Source of the DNA: Phoronis australis
Taxonomy: Eukaryota; Animalia; Phoronida
Direction of reading: 5' to 3'
DNA length: 64,000 bases
NCBI GenBank assembly: GCA_002633005.1
Contig: NMRA01000098.1
Span: forward strand, 619,435 to 683,434
Shown here: piece by piece, positions 14,338 through 26,353 of the stretch
Layout of the letters: every line of letters begins with the position of its first letter
Position numbering within the stretch: the stretch's first letter is position 1
Made by a program: the position numbers and the translations under genes
The notes under the pieces: model-generated
Told to the model about the DNA's origin: nothing
The model's database searches: none
The model's input: only the letters and a program-made list of their open reading frames with translations

Positions 14338-15390
14338 CTGCCTCACAGGGTCGAGGGGATACGCATCCTATCAATATCAGCTCCTTGAAGTTTGGGAAGA
14401 TGTCGCCGTCCAAGTGCATGCTTGAGTGTAAAAAGCAAGTTACTTGGCAATTCCTCTCAACTTTGAGCATTTCAGAAGGACCGCCACAGCGTCTTAGCTC
14501 TCTCTGAAATAAAAGCAAAAGATATTGACACTTTTATGTTTCTATTATTACGTGTTGCAATTGGTATTTTAACACAAGACACAGCATATTGCTCAAAATG
14601 CCGATAGCCAGAAAGGAGTCAATCGCCTTGAGGGGATCTGGTGATGGCAAGTCTACGCCCCAGAAATGCAGCAGATCCTCCAGTGAGTCTAAGTCTACAT
14701 CCGTCATCCTGCTAACCACTACTGGCACAAGACATGACAGCTTCCACCTGCCAGTTGTCTTTCGAAAACCTGGTGGTCAATTGCTGTGAGAGGTTGTCTA
14801 GGAAAGGTATTTCGACTGCTCTTCTGTAGTACTCACTAGAAGAAACAATTACTGACAACAAATTCAACTACGCACTACGTGAATTAGATTTTGGTTATGA
14901 AGCAAATAAAGAGCCAAGTGGAAATACAAACTAGAATCAGTTTCTGTGCGTTCGTAGACCCTGTGCTTTACTGAGTAAATTTGGTATGTACGAAAATAAT
15001 TACTATTTCGTTTTCATTGTAAACAAGCAGCAAAATTAAAAGTAAGTCAGAAAACCGACATTATGTACAAAATGTGTTGAATCATAATTATTACCTGAGT
15101 GTTTCTGCGGGAACATTAGCCCTGTGCGTGTGGTGTCTGGACTGCCGATGAATCTGAATATCGTATCCAATGTTCTCAGCTATGGTGTGCGCGTCTTGGA
15201 ACCATTCAACACAGACATAGCATAGATCTTCGGTTTTTGCTCTTAATGGTTACACTTCGTCAACTGCTGTGTCAATGAGATTGTAAGCCTCTACACTGTC
15301 AGCAGCTTGTTTTTGCAGCTTGGCACTAAACCCCTTGAGGTTGTCAAGTACATTCAAAAGAGTTACAAGCACAAGTATATTTGACCTATT
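14338..15390 (-). pseudogene. Intron-containing hAT transposase relic (THAP12/PRKRIR-like C-terminal half)
   Basis: Three segments: ...GFSAKLQKQAAD...WFQDAHTIAENIG...HRANVPAETL|S EYYRRAVEIPFLDNLSQQLTTRFS...DLPSPDPLK|RELRR...DIFPNFKELILIGCV. Introns are 14836-15094 (GT-AG) and 14504-14626 (GC-AG). Stops and frameshifts are present. Confidence 0.8.
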
Positions 15391-16548
15391 CATCATAGAC
15401 TGCTTCAAATCTTGCGCTTTTGTCGAAGACGATGTATCCCAGGACTACTTCGTATCTCTTGCAATTTTTCGAATAAACGTCCCAAAGTCTGAACACTTGA
15501 AACCCGAAGTTGTAACACCAAATAAACGCCCATAGGCATGGGCGTTTCATCTGGTGGGCCTTTCTACGAAAATTCCAAAAGACGGAAGTGATGCTTATTG
15601 CGGGTAGGAAGACGGTCAGTATTGAGGTCAGAACTAGGGCTCCAGAGGGGACTTATTCAACACCGCGTGAGTCCCACGAGGCTACGAAAGTACAACCTAC
15701 CCGCAATTCCTGGTACTGTACACTGTTCGCGATTGAGGTCACCTTGTCAATATGAGTGCTACCCGGGTTCATTCCTTGTACAGGCCTAACTTGCTAGGGT
15801 GTATCTTGAAACGGACTCGCGACCAAACCACAGCACCCGCCCCAACGGCTCTTACAAAGGACCGAACAATTCTTCGCAAAACGAGCTGATCATTTTTCTA
15901 AAGTATACACATTACGCGTACACTGTATGTTTTATGCGCAAGGCAATTTTACAAACCTATGGAGTAGAATATCATGTCAAGACATGACAGATGAGGCAAA
16001 AACGTTGCACGTCGACTCACCTGAATATCCGGGGTTGCAGTATCACAGCATTTTCCCTAAACATATCTTAAAGACGCTAGTTATCTAAACAAATCAGCTC
16101 TAGATTCTTGCTTTTTCCGCGCTGGATCCAAAGTGCTGGGCTACTTGAGGAGCGTGCTCGAAATTGAACTCCGCAGGACTTACCGATGAGTCACGAAAAC
16201 TCGAAACGTGTTGCTTTTCGGGAATCAGAATGTAAAGAAATTATATTTTTTCAGGGTGAACCCCCTCCTCTTCTATTTTTTGAGGTGGGTTACCTGGGGT
16301 TTACCTACGCTGGCAGTGCCGTTTTCGTTTTGCTGGTGATGTTTTTTTAATTTTCATTTTTGATCCTGTCCCAAGGGGGGTTTAAATCCCCTGAATTTCC
16401 CACCGGAGATCCTCCACTGCAGTGTTCTGGTGCTCGGTCATCCCAACGTTGAAAGTCGTCCACGTTACCTTGTAGCTCGTGAGTGCTTCAAACCTGCGTT
16501 AAAGTAATACTGATGTTGAGAGCCGTACTGATGCTGATTGCGATGGTA

Positions 16549-16977
16549 TCGGGATTTTCAGTAGATAAGCCCATGGGCGTGTCAGTATTCGGAAATTGGA
16601 AATTTTCAAGCGTTTTAGTAACACCAAATAAACGCCCAGGCGTTCATTCGAAAAAGAAGGGCGTGAAAACGGAAAGTCATAGTTTTGCTGACTTTGACAT
16701 TTTTAGTTACAACTGTATTATTAATGTTATGTTAATAAATGTATAGTTCGCCAACACCTTGTTAGTTTTTATAAACGGTAAATGATCCACAAACGTGAGT
16801 TTGTGAAAAAAATTGACACCGAGTGGGATTTTAAGAGGAAGTTTTCCGAATAAACGCCCACTGTCTGGACACTTGACATCTGAAGTCGAAACACCAAATA
16901 AACGTCAATGGGCGTTTATTCGTCATAAACGCCCATGGAAGTTTTATCGAGTGGGCTTATCTACGGAAAATCCCGTT
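16549..16977. mobile_element. MITE with TIRs and internal AATAAACGCCCA repeats (partial copy at ~15470-15575)
   Basis: Ends read cgggattttcagtagataagccca ... tgggcttatctacggaaaatcccg. Confidence 0.75.
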
Positions 16978-17254
16978 AGTGTCCAGGCTAGGTTACTACA
17001 CATCTTGTCTAGGTTTCCACCGTAAAAATATCGTAAGGTTAGGTTACCACTGGTTACTGAGTATAATGTCAAAGTTAAAGATTCACGAAGACATATTAAC
17101 AATATTTAAACTGGAGATGATTTACAAGTGAGAGAAAATAGCATAAATTTTACTGTGGTTTTTATTGAAATTGTGCGTCTTAAATGTTGGTACAATGCGG
17201 TTTATTGAACATTCGAGTATTGCGCGTACTCCATTTTCACGTAAAATGACGTAA

Positions 17255-17355
17255 GCTGCTGAATAACTCAGTGGTTGAGGCGACGCCTGTCGTTACACGA
17301 AACCTGAATGAAGCGTGTTCAAATCCGGCCTCGGATTCCCGCCAAAAATGTTAAT
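17255..17355 (+). mobile_element. tRNA-derived SINE-like head, same family as the 53.9-55.9 kb units
   Basis: A-box-like TAACTCAGTGG and B-box-like GTTCAAATCC, then ggcctcggattcccgccaaaaatgtta, which is shared with 54840-54865. Confidence 0.55.
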
Positions 17356-17764
17356 CAACACGCATTGATTAACAAAATCGGTTGTAATGGCTATGGTTAT
17401 GCGGCATAACTATCCCTTAAATGACGATAAGTTGCATACATTACGCACTAATTGTTTTGTTCACACACGCAATGATTTCACTAAGTATCCGCCTTCGTAA
17501 ATTACCCTGGAAACCGCTTTCCTTTGAATGTAAAGTGACGCAATTGGCGAAAACAAAGTCTGAATAAAATTCACACGTTCAGTGAACAGAATTACCCGAA
17601 TTTATCTCATACAACACTTCAAGAATTTTTCGGAAATTTTTCGTCAAAAACACTTCTCTTTTCTTGCAAAAATGTGCCTTTCTTTTGAAATCATACCCCA
17701 AAACAACTCCAAAATGTTTTAGTCATGAAACCGATTATGCCTTTTTGAAGAATATTGATGAAAA

Positions 17765-18059
17765 CAGTGGCGGATTTGGATACCATAAAGAGGGGCGGGG
17801 CCAACATGTTGCCTCGGGAATTGGGCAAAGCGCGATTGTATTTGCAGCACAAGCCCGAAGTTGCGGGAACCTTGTTCGAAAGATTTACCGGTGGGCTAAA
17901 AAAAAAAACGGGAACGCCGCAATCTAGGGCACCCCTTTCTCAACGTCCTAGTTCCTTACTCAATATTTCCTCGCGCTTCACGCTGTTGCTGTTCCATTTT
18001 TGCTTGATGCAGCCAAGGGGGAGGGACGGACCCCCTGAGCCCCCCTAAGTCCGCCTATG
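17765..18059. mobile_element. hAT-type MITE with 5-bp TSD GAAAA
   Basis: Termini CAGTGGCGGAT...GTCCGCCTATG. GAAAA at 17760-17764 and 18060-18064. Confidence 0.85.
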
Positions 18060-18304
18060 GAAAACAAGATAACGACGACAAAAATGATGACTTTCTGTGA
18101 TCGTGATGAGGAAGGCACGACCACCGTAAGGTTGAACTGTGCATACGTGTACCTTTGCATGAAGAAGCTGTCTATTCCTTCCAAAAAAACATGACGTTTT
18201 TATTTATGTTTACCACAACGGCCTGACAAACGAAGCGTTTCTTTACAGCTGCTCGTTAATCAGGACAAGCTCGAGTTGAACACTTCCAACTCAAACAGAT
18301 CAAA

Positions 18305-18305
<1 letters not shown>

Positions 18306-18367
<62 letters not shown>

Positions 18368-18512
18368 ACTGCTATTGCTACTGCTACTTCTGTTGAAACA
18401 AAGACGACAATATCGACTCTGATAATATAATTGTAGCAGTAGTGGTGATGATGGTGGTGGTGATGATGGTGGTGGTGATGATGGTGGTGGTGATGATGGT
18501 GGTGCTGATGAT
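18306..18512. repeat. (CTG)n and (GGT/GAT)n microsatellites
   Basis: Read directly. They are the source of the poly-Ala/Ser/His ORFs in the track. Confidence 0.95.
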
Positions 18513-20920
18513 AATGTAGAAATAGTAATGACAAATATCACAATAATAGTAACGCGAACGATTAGGACAATGCCAATAATGAAGTTTCGTTGCTACCATA
18601 AAATATTGTTAGTTATACGTTTCAAGATATACACGTAGAACAACCTGCAGCAGATTCCATTTCTTTTACGCAGCAATAACTCATTTTTCATTGGTGAAAC
18701 AGGGTCAAACTGACAAATAGAAAATAAAGCTCCATTTACAAGCACGAAAAACTCATTAACTTCATAAACAGCATTTCATCACTTTTAATGTACCCGACAA
18801 ATATGATTTCATTATAAGTACGGTGAAACGCAACGGCGTCATTTTTTGGCATCTTGAAATGTACAGGGTGGTAGGTGAGCACTGCAGGAGCCAGGGGATC
18901 CCAAATCACCAAGCCCACAGTTTATTGCCAAAATGCTGGGACGATTTATTACGGGAGATTGGGGAGGCAAAGCTGACGTTACACGTCTTTAATGGGGAAT
19001 GTGTGATATCGTTTTCTTCTGCTGCACGTGAGTGCAAATCTACACACGGTATCGCCACCTGTTTTATGCTTCTGACTACGCTACCGCAAAAGCTCATTCG
19101 GCGGTATAACTTCTTTGTTTCATGACAAAGCTGCGTTTGATTTATTAGCTTGTTTCATAAGAAATCTAAATGGAATGCACTGATCAGATACTTTTGACTC
19201 ACCCATTTAAGATGTTCGTCATTTGCCTGCATCAGGTTTTGTGCGATGGAACGGGTATAAATTTCTGCACTCTGTCGTATCTGCGCAATACTTCTACCGT
19301 TATACACATATCGAGGCTGTGTATTAACAAGCGACGCTGTGAAGTTTCAGAAACTCACCATGAAACATATGGTAAGCTGAAGAAGGTACCATTAAAGTCG
19401 CTTATTTAAAAAAAAAAACTTTGACTGTAATAGATTTGACCGTATAAGCAGCAATATATTCCATTAGTGCCTTGGTTAGAACTGCTCTCCTCATGATGGC
19501 ATATAAAATATTTCTAAATGTCATTTTGCTTTTATTTCCTCCAACTTCTTACTATTAAAGTCAGTTACAAATACATTGAAGGCGGCGGAAGCAGATCGTC
19601 ACCCACATTTTCAGCGTCGCTTGCTGTATAAATGTAACTGCAGTTCTTATTTCTCACGTTTCACACTACTTATCATAAATTATGACCTTATGTCACATCC
19701 AGCGTTTTCATCGTTTCATTAAAAAGTTCACTTTGGAACCTCACCCATGTTGTCTTCGCATTATTAGGTAAGAAATTTATTGCATCAACAAACAAGTACA
19801 AAAACAAAATGTAATTCAGCTTACCACCTTAAAAATATTACTACTGGACCATATGTAAAAGTTATGCCTGCTGCAACAGAACGACCACTTCTCCTGGAAG
19901 CGTTCAGGCGTAACTTTTTCCAGGTTGCGATATTGACAAATTTCACGCAATAATAATTGAAAACTAGGTTTAGCATTTTACAACCGGTGCTTATGATAAT
20001 GATATTGTGTTGAGCAGAGAATTAAATTGACAACTTCCAACCTACTGGTTTGGTTAGAGGGTTATTACACTGATCTATCATCCACGACAAAAATTGAACA
20101 AATGTAAGTCTAAAACTGTTTCTTTCTTTCTTTCTTTCTTTACTTTGCTCACGGAAAGAGCACAAAAGCTGCTGGCGACTAGCTTTATGCAAATAAGAGT
20201 TTGCCGTCTTCAAATTCACCATTTGTTCAATTTTTCTTCAAACATTTCCTTTCGCGACTGGTCTTGTTAAGTTTCAAAGTAATTCAAAATGAAGGTAAAT
20301 GTGCCAAGAAATTTATCTACCCGATGAGTGAGGAGGAATTTCTCGGATTATATGTGTGTTTACATATTTATGTTTATTATGTAGATAACGTAATGTTTAA
20401 TTAACGTAACGTAAGGTATTGAAATTTTTAAATCAGGAGTTATACTGTTGGATATGAGATGTCGCAAGGCGGGAGTACACTGTAATCTTTCAGGGGAAAG
20501 GTCCGCATAAGTCCTAAAATCGGCATGCTGACGACGTTTCCTTCTTTATTTCGTTGGTCATGTCCGTAGTCCTTCCCCCTCCTCTTAAATCAGCTTATTA
20601 GTTAGAATACGTTGATGTCTTCCGAACGCCAATCATAAGCCGGTGGTGGTTTTCAAAAGAAATTTGCAATGCTGTACATTCGCTGTTGTAGCCAGACCTT
20701 CTGCCTAAATTATAAAGACATCCCTTGCTAAAAGTTAGGCGTCCTTTACAAAACGACATGTCCCTAATTATAGAAATCTGACGTTTAAGCAATGCGACTT
20801 GAAGTCTACAAAGGACTATTCACTTTTAAATTTCGTTCACCGAGTCCCTAGATACCATGCAGTACACAGATTGGCCTTGTCCTAGTCAGTGAGAAACTCG
20901 GTGTCTTTCCCGACTCATCC

Positions 20921-21240
20921 CAGGGGCGGATCCAGGATTTTGAGTTAGAGGCGGCCAGGGTACAAGAATAACCAGAATTTCGTCACATATGCGCGCCCAG
21001 CCTAAAATGTAGGAATTCCGGAGTCTCAAATATTTGCGTTTGCGGATCTTATTACTAAAAAAATATAAAAAATAATATAAAAAACGGTAAACGGGGTTTG
21101 CTCAAGGCCTATGCATTGTGCATTCGCACCCCGAACCCCCTGGGTGCTCGCATATGCTAGTCAGCAATTCGCACCCCGAACTCCCAAATGGTATCTGGGA
21201 GAATTTTTGGGGAGGGGTATGGCCCCCTTGCATCCTTCTG
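20921..21240. mobile_element. hAT-type MITE (CAGGGGCGGATCCAGG family) with a degraded right end; another partial copy starts at ~60026
   Basis: The left end and internal sequence match 23886-24133. Confidence 0.7.
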
Positions 21241-22435
21241 CATAGTGATTTGTGTAGGCTTTTGTTGAATTGAATGACGCCAACAGTTAAGGCTTGTTAT
21301 CGGAAATACAGAAATGTGAGTGAATAATGCAAAAAGACTTCGCGCATCGACCCACTTCATGGAGAAAAGCACAACCGTTATATTTTATTCATGAAGTATT
21401 GCAACTACGAAAAGTAAGATTTTGTGTACAAAATTTAAGTCAAATTGTTACATTGGGTTTCTATCTGTAGCACCCGTGACACTAATTCACAGACAGCTTA
21501 CATGTCTATCTGAACAGCTCCATAATTTTGTCTTGTCTAAGCCACGTGTACACAAAGACCCGGTATTAGGACAATTTAAAGCACTGTACACGTGGCGTAA
21601 TCAAAAGTCAAATAAGTTGAAGTGACTTAGCACCCGTTGAGTCTTTTTCCTGCGAACAGTTTATAGATCTGGGTTGATGTATTCCGTGAGCTCATACCTC
21701 TCGCCAAAAAGATAGATCACAGACGACCACGCTAATGAAAGGCGAGCGTTTCGCAAGCATGCCTGGCAGCGTAGCCTAAAAATGGCGGACCCTGATGCGA
21801 TTGGTCGGTGAGTGGTCATGGAAAACACTTGACTGTTTCAGTTTCATAAGCGTAGATTTCTCGCCGCAAGTGCTTCGCGAGTGTCTTGGGTCTACGGAAC
21901 GCAGCTATGCGTGACAACCTTTAAAACCATCTAGTAATCAAATGAGTCATTGTAAATGAATAGTAAACATATAAGGGTAGATCCTTTGCATAAAATGTAA
22001 GTTACATGGACCGAGAGAGAGGGTTCTGTACCTGCACATGTCCGATCTGGGACCAGTCTTTATTTGGTTTATTACTAATGCTTCTCTTCTACGATTTCTT
22101 CTTCCATTAGCTTGCCTTGATTTCGTTGTTTCGATATACTGCCATTTCGTGTTCGTGGACCTGGGTCTTACCTCTGTACTCAATTAAATTGAGAGTCTGC
22201 GTTCACTCTGAGGTGGAAATTAAATCCTGTACCCAGAGGTTTATCGGTTATGCAGCTTGCATATGGTCAATTCGTTTGTGAATAGCGACATCGGTCGCTC
22301 CAGGTGGCTTCAAAAGTAATATTCCCATCCGGGCAACATCACTTCGTAACGGAGGTCATCTGATGATCATACTGTTTTCCCCAATCAGAAGTCATTACTG
22401 GTACTTAAATAAGTTTTTGGCCACAATAAGATTAG

Positions 22436-23866
22436 AAACCGGACGATCGCCGCACAAATAAAAAAAGTTCATGTTCAATTCACCGTTTCGTCTTTTTCAT
22501 TAGACATCATCAGGATCATATTTATAACAATTTAGGACAACAAGTGCCAACATACAGCTCAGGTAACATCCGTAGAGTGAAGTGAGAGATACATAGAATA
22601 TAATCAGTAGCTGGTTATCCCCATAGTTGCAGGGTCACTGAGCTCTGCATGTTATTCAGAGAATCAGTAGCATGCTGGTTCTGAATGGCCAGTGACTATT
22701 TAATGTACAGTAACTCCTTATTAGGTTCTCTGCAGATAATACAAACAGAGTTGACTTGGTGATTGTAGCTAATACAATGCCTATATATGTTACTTTCCTC
22801 TGAGGTGTGATGTTCGTTCAACTTGTCACAGATGCGTTTCTGTGTGAGTCCTATGTATACATAACATTGCTCGTTCAATAAAGGGATGGGTGATTTCAGT
22901 TTACACAGCATATTGGAAAGTTTCCGAAGAGGTTTGAAAACAACTATCAGTTCAACTGCTGGGTCTATGCAATGAATAAGGCGAGACGTTTCAATTTTAT
23001 ACTATTTGGCCCGATGTAACCAAGAGAAAAGAAAACTTTCTTTTTCTCGGGTCCAATAACATCTACCTTATCTGCCTCATTCATTTTTGAAAGGAAGTGC
23101 CTTTTACAGCTATTCAGAAAATTCAGAGGGGAAACCATTGGCACGCAATAACTGGAAAATCATAGCTACGTCACTATCAAAATTTAAATTGGTGGAGCAT
23201 ATTCTCCAGGCACGATGTAACAAGCAATTGACTAGACCTCTCTTGTACTGGATAGGCACAAAACTATCACATTTAAGATACACGGATGTAACAACGGTGC
23301 TATTCTCACGTTTAACCAAGACATCTAGAAAAGGTAAACACGACTAGCGCTCAGATTCAATGGTGAAGTTGATGGACGGATGCATTTTGTTCATGTGATT
23401 AAAAAAGGTGTTGAGTGAGCTCTTGGACGAAAACACAACAAACGTATAGTCACATACCTACGATAAAATTGTGTGACAGGCTGAAAGAACATCACACCTC
23501 ATAGAAAAGTAACATATATAGGCATTGTATTAGCTATAATCACCAAGCCAACTCCGTTGGTATTATCTGCAGAGAACCTAATAAGGAGTTACTGTACATT
23601 AAATAGTCATTGGCCATTCAGAACCAGCATGCCACTGATTCTCTGAATAACATGCAGAGCTCAGTGACCCTGCAACTATGGTGATGACCAGCTACTGACT
23701 ATGTTCTGTGTATCTCTCACTTCACTCTATGGATGTTACCTGAGCTGTATGTTGGCACTTGTTGTCCTAAATTGTTATAAATATGATCCTGATGATGTCA
23801 AATGAAAAGACGAAACGTTAAATTGAACATGAACTTTTTTATTTGTGCGGTGATCGTCCGGTTTTT
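22436..23866 (-). mobile_element. Penelope-like element fragment (RT C-terminus plus GIY-YIG) with an inverted copy of its 3' end
   Basis: YIGLTQKRICDKLNEH...SNIYRHC (22696-22911) and YKRGLVNCLLHRAWRICS...LRANGFP (23110-23319). 23474-23866 (+) is the reverse complement of ~22436-22810. Confidence 0.85.
23780..23830 (+). ncRNA. Hammerhead-ribozyme-like core in the Penelope 3' end, probably degenerate (mirror copy on minus strand at ~22475-22520)
   Basis: CTGATGA(23789-23795)-T-GTC-loop-GAC-GAAAC(23812-23816)-GTTA. Stem II is intact; stem I pairs poorly. Confidence 0.5.
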
Positions 23867-23885
23867 AACATTACCGGTACACTTC

Positions 23886-24133
23886 CAGGGGCGGATCCAG
23901 GATTTTGAGTTGGGGGGAGGGGGCAGGGAACAGGAATAACCGGAATTTCGCCACATGCGCGCGCCCAGCCTAAAGTATAGGGGTGCAGGGGTCTCGAATT
24001 TTGGGGTTTGTGGACCTTATTACTAAAACAACAACAAAAAACGGTCAACGGGCTTTGTTCAAAGCCTTCCAAATGGTATGTGGGAGAATTTTAGGGGGCC
24101 ATGGTCCCCTTGGCCTCCCTAAATCCGCCACTG
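23886..24133. mobile_element. hAT-type MITE with 5-bp TSD ACTTC
   Basis: Termini CAGGGGCGGAT...ATCCGCCACTG. ACTTC at 23881-23885 and 24134-24138. Confidence 0.85.
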
Positions 24134-24573
24134 ACTTCTGTCGTGGATTGGCTCAAACGCTATGCGAGAAATGGAGTTATGAGGTTGAGTTGACCGTGTA
24201 CCTGTGGAATATCACGTATTGCTAGAAATTTATGTACTTTTCATTCATGTCGTCGGAGATCAGGTGTCGCTGTTTTTGAGATCTGACCAATTACAGGCCG
24301 CGGAAATCATATCCCTGACTGACGGTATTAGAATTAAACAAGGCGAACATACGATGGCTGTATATCAAAGGGGGTAATAACTTGACAATTTATTGCAAGG
24401 CGAACAAATCAGGGGAAAGAAGCACCAGTGGTAATATAAGAATACAAAAATAGATTGACCTATCAGACTTTGGCCTCGGGGGCACATCGCTCTTCTACGG
24501 TCCATGTGACGATGTGACGTAATACCACACTCGAGTATGTATTCTAAACAGCTGATACCATTTCACATGCAAG

Positions 24574-24968
24574 TTCCAGTGGCTGCTGCTCTTCTTGGGT
24601 CTGCTAGTAATAGTTCACACGCAAGCAGAAGACACCGAAAAACAACCTATGGAGATCTCACAAGAAGAAGACGACAACGGAATCCTGGGGGTTGAGAGAG
24701 AGATAGACGAACCTGAGGATGACGTAGAAACACAGGACGTTGAGAAAGAAGTGGAAAAATCAGTCGACGAATTACAAGACGATGGCACCGACGAACAAGT
24801 TAACCTGGCTGGGCGACAATCTAGCCAGCCTAAACCAGATTTCTGCAACGGCTGTCGAAAAATACAGCGCCTGGTCAAGAGAGGTCCTCACCCAAATCTC
24901 TATGGTTTCAGCCACTGTTACGTAATAGGAGAAGCTGCGCTGTGGACGAGTAAATGCCGCTTTCCGGG
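24574..24968 (+). CDS. Coding exon of a secreted Cys-rich prepropeptide (signal peptide, acidic propiece, start of cationic domain); in-frame start codon unresolved
   Basis: FQWLLLFLGLLVIVHTQA|EDTEKQPMEISQEEDD...QPKP DFCNGCRK...SKCRFPG. Ends at a phase-2 donor GG|gtaaaa (24969). Confidence 0.8.
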
Positions 24969-26181
24969 GTAAAAAATACATTTTAGCGTTGTTATAAACG
25001 CAATTTTATTTGTCTTTCAATTCTCCTTCCCGGTGATTAAAACACATATCACAACTTTTCTTATTCATACACTAATCTTTTCTCCATTCTGCGTTTTTTC
25101 GTTTGCATTCACGTAATAGGGGATTGAGGGGAGCCCATCCCCCAAGATTAGGCCCGCAATGGTGAAAAACAACGCAAAACGAGAAAAGATGTCCGGCACG
25201 GAAGCCTGTTTTGTGATTGATCTGCCTCTCTGTCGAAGGAAATTAAATTACACGAAAGTTTGTAGACCAAAACATGTAGCTTAATGCATTATCTTCCATT
25301 ACAAGCTTTCGGGGCTCTGTTTCAGGACAAGTGACATAAGATTAGTAGGATCACATCGACATGTATGTGCACTAGAAAACACTAGTTTTTAACTGTCAGT
25401 GAAAGTATATATTTACTTTAAGTGCAAAGCCTGTACAAAGAGATGTTTGACTCGTACCAATCTGTTATTAATTGGGTCACGTGACCACAATGTTTTTTTA
25501 GTGAAATTTAGCGAAAAAGGAAGGTACAACATGGATAGCAAAACTGCGGTGTCAATAACGTGCTCAAGTTATATTTGATGTAAATGTTCAAGGTGCAAAA
25601 GTGGAACATTTTAAGAACAATTCCTATGAGCTCTGTTGAGAACAGTGCATCAAACATAGTATATCTGAAAGTGTCATATGAATCCGATCAGCCATTTGTG
25701 AGATATGATGTTCCGAAGTCAGCCAAAATTGGTCATTTTTATAGGGTCCTGCATATTGACAGATAAAATTATTTGGTTTTACGCTTCACATAAATATTTC
25801 TGAAAAATAATTAGAATTCACTTTATCAAAAAAAAAACAAAGTATCTGAGAATATATCCATACCTGCTACTCGATAAAACAATTTGTTGAAATTATTTCC
25901 AGGCAGTGATGTGATAATAATTAGATGACTAAATCTAATTTGGTAATTGTGAAGCAGGGGCGTAATACCACGTGATAAGTCACTTTTCATGAAACGTACC
26001 CGGTAATCTAGATGACAGCCATTTCTTGTATTTTGATTGGTACATATCTAGATTCAACAGTTTGTTTGCCAGACTAGTTATATCAGCATAGTGCGAGACA
26101 AGTACTTTGTAATATTTCTCGAAGTTATAAAACTAATATGGTAAGAGAGCCGCTGCCAAATGCTTTCAAATTCTATTCCAG

Positions 26182-26353
26182 ACGTCGCTGCCGCGCCTAT
26201 TGTACCACCTACAAACAAGGAAAATGTTACACAGCGGAAAGATCAATTCGAGTTGGTTCGAGATGCTACTATTACAAAGGCAGAAGACTACCTTTTGGGT
26301 TCCCGAGAATGTTGTGGTTGCGCGTTCATTGCTGCGGCTGTGTGTATAAATGA
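26182..26353 (+). CDS. Final coding exon of the same Cys-rich cationic peptide gene
   Basis: Phase-2 acceptor ttctattccag|A, matching the upstream donor. Encodes RRCRAYCTTYKQGKCYTAERSIRVGSRCYYYKGRRLPFGFPRMLWLRVHCCGCVYK*. AATAAA at 26541-26546. Confidence 0.8.

Noticed and set aside
18256-18599. Poly-His/Ala/Ser/Thr ORFs
   Set aside because: Trinucleotide microsatellites that are open in several frames.
26138-26181. ATG at 26138 as the start of a standalone 71-aa peptide
   Set aside because: No signal peptide. A good acceptor at 26181 matches the phase of the upstream donor, so a spliced model fits better.
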